From: Macrostomum lignano
Lineage: Eukaryota
NCBI GenBank assembly: GCA_002269645.1
Contig: NIVC01000788.1
Location: forward strand, 62,001-126,000
Direction of reading: 5' to 3'
Length of the DNA stretch: 64,000 bases
A program made the position numbers and the translations under genes. The notes under the pieces were generated by a model that was not told where the DNA came from, did not search any database, and saw only the letters and a list, made by a program, of their open reading frames with translations. Every line of letters begins with the position of its first letter. The stretch's first letter is position 1. Shown here in pieces: positions 61,685 to 64,000 of the stretch.

Positions 61685-64000
61685 TCAAGACTGGCATCTA
61701 CAAGCAATGCAAAAAAAGAGTTTAGAATTAGGGGGCAACAACAAATTTTGACAAGAAATGTGGTTCCATTGCAGGCATCTGTCACACGCAATGCTTGGGG
61801 CGTCCCCCAGATCACTGTGGCAAATTCCACACTGCCAGGAGGAAACCTTCAGCCAAGCCACCCTATGTCAAAGCTCTCGAAAGCTGTCATCTGTGAAAAA
61901 ATGGGCGTACTCTTCCAGTTTCACATGGCAGTCATGGAAGCCAAAATGTAGTGGATTTTGAATGTCGGTAGGGCCGATCAAGCATCTACCTTGCAGTGTT
62001 GCCTTGGCCGTCATATCATTTGTTATCCAATGGAGCACGACTGGAAGAATGGATGAGGGTGTAGGAGAGAAAGGTATGGAAGACAATTGAAGGTGTGGGT
62101 AAGGGCAAGATTAAGGTAGAGAGAAGAGGGCGAATATTTAGGAAGAAAGGGGCATAGAAAGATTGAGAGCACATGTATTTGGGAGAGGAAGGGAGAGAAG
62201 GAATAGTAGGATGGAAGAGGGGAGAGGGTCAGGGAGAAAGAATAAGAGAGAGGACAGTTAAATAGAGTAAAATAAAATGGGAGAGGAGCAGAGGTTATTG
62301 GAGGTGGGAGATAGATAGAGGGTGTAATTGAGAGGAAGGAAGATGAAGATAAAGACAATAGAGGTGTGAATTTAGAAAGATGAAAATTTTAGCTAATTTC
62401 AAAATCAACAGATAGGAGTTGCACTGTATTAGGAATTTAGCCCAATGGAATTGGGAATGATTAGAATATTGAATAGATAGTAACACACCAAAGGTAGGGT
62501 GACGCTCATCTGTTTGCACTAAACTTACGCTAACAATATTACCCTGAACATTTATCACTAAGAATTCATGCTCAATGGTGGTTACTTTTCTGCAGTATTC
62601 TGACGCATTAACTTTTAGGCTTAAACATATTGGGGTTGTGCTATGAGTATCCGAATGTGTATGTACCATGCAGAAGTAACTGTATTTTAATATTCTAAAA
62701 AAAGGGACTTTAGTTAAATATTTGGACCCGAAATAAGTGAAAATGAATATGCATATTTTTAAATCCATCGGAACACTACACAGTTGTTTGATAACTCATG
62801 AAATGCATGAGGATACGAAAATGCAAATATACAAGCATAATGCACTCCAAACAAACAAGAACTCACAATCGTTCTTCTCCAAACAACTAAGGTGCAAAAA
62901 TGGAGCCAAGCTACTTTTATGACATCGCTTTGGCAGGCCGACAGTTGTCAAGTCTGCTCCCTTTGGTCAACCTCTTTGCCGCACAACTGGAAGCAAGATA
63001 ACACTTGGATGGCTACCTAACAAAGAGGCAGCTGATGGCACCAATGATGTAGAGCCCAATGAGATAGTGGCCGATGGCACCAACAATGGAGGGCCTGATG
63101 AGGCAGCAGCCGATGGCACTGACGATGGAGGGCCCGATGAGGCAGCGGCTAATGACACTGACAATGGAGGGCCCGATGAGACAGCGGCCGATGGCACCAA
63201 TGATGTAGGACCCGATGAGGCAGCAGCTAATAGCACCAACAATGGAGGAGCCAATGAGGCAGCAGCTGATGGCACCAACGATGGAGGGCCTGAGGAGGCA
63301 GCGGCCAATGGCAGCGATAATGGAGGGCCCAATGAGGCAGCAGCCAATGACACTGACAATGGTGGGCCCAATATCGATGAGGCGGCGGCTGAGGGTGCTA
63401 CCATTGGAGGGCCTGAGACAGAGGCTGATAGAAGTGATGACAGGCAGCCTGATGAAGCAGCAGCTGCAGGCCCCACGAGTGGGGGACTTGATGAAGATGT
63501 GATGACTAGGTGGAAGTAATTCAGTTCCAACAGTATGCTATCGAAGCTATTGATAGATGGGTGAAAATCACCAGAGTTGGCCTTAAAATGTTGCTCAGAA
63601 CCAGATGTGGTGCTATGTGCTGCAGGAATTATTGTCAGGGCAGCATGCTTGTCATCCTCCTATGTGTGCAGAAGTTGCCTAAGTAGGTTCATTCTTTGTT
63701 CAAAGTCATGCATTCCAGAATTTGCAGTTGCAGCAGCCAGCTTCTGAGTCACTACTTGTGCCTTCCTAAACTTTTCTCTACCATCAAGCATACCACGGGT
63801 TGCAGTATTTTCTGACGATACCACACTGGCTTGAAGTGAGTGGTTTGGGGTTGCCAGAAAAGCACGGTGACACAATGTATAAAAACTTCTTGTCTAGCGT
63901 CTGGCACACAGATTCGTGTCGAATGTTGGTAGGCTGGAGTTCACTCGAAAAGTCAGGATATGCTGACATGGAAGCTTCATAGACGTAAAGAATGGACAGG
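61685..64000 (-). pseudogene. MULE-type transposase C-terminal half (SWIM zinc finger ... PHD finger), intron-containing, four nonsense codons; truncated by the window end
   Basis: Exon 64000-62867: SWIM CPFFTSMKLPCQH, EKFRKA, RQRG*PKGADLTTVGLP. GT-AG intron 62866-62041. Exon 62040-61685: PHD CGIC...CDRCLQWNHISC...FCIAC. Stops at 63896-63894, 63662-63660, 62969-62967 and 61870-61868. MULE assignment is from recalled domain architecture. Confidence 0.75.
63040..63480. repeat. 39-bp degenerate coding repeat (13-aa SSGPPxSVPSAAA) in the transposase linker
   Basis: About 10 units of GGAGGGCCYGATGAGGCAGC..., in frame on the minus strand. Confidence 0.85.

Noticed and set aside
63067-63519. Plus-strand acidic DGGPDEAAA repeat ORF as a separate gene
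   Set aside because: The minus-strand frame is continuous with the SWIM and PHD transposase segments, so this is its antisense shadow.

Overview
Eukaryotic (invertebrate) genomic DNA, not prokaryotic: GC-rich spliced exons sit in AT-rich introns that carry many private minisatellites. The gene set (innexin, USP, SLC9A exchanger) and repeat style suggest a flatworm such as Macrostomum; this is inference only. Spliced genes I could reconstruct by hand with canonical GT-AG sites and consistent phases are: an RNF11-like RING-H2 ligase (-), a divergent DUF4419-like gene (+), a four-EF-hand calmodulin-like gene (+) whose ~9 kb intron holds two antisense genes (a universal stress protein and an SLC9A/NHE exchanger), and an innexin (-). 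Also present are a Q/G/P-rich repeat protein with an apparent 1-nt frameshift, a disrupted TRIM-like gene and a single-pass membrane ORF. Mobile DNA includes a gag-less Ty3/Gypsy LTR element, a MULE-type SWIM/PHD transposase pseudogene, hAT-like MITEs and tRNA-derived SINEs. Structural highlights: (1) two ~1 kb arrays of one 21-mer in opposite orientation bracket a frame-preserving two-exon cassette; (2) the NHE and USP genes are nested in the EF-hand gene; (3) a SINE 5' end (A-box region) is amplified ~30-fold in tandem. Most long ORFs in the ORF track are by-products of the tandem arrays. No rRNA, intact tRNA or CRISPR array was seen.
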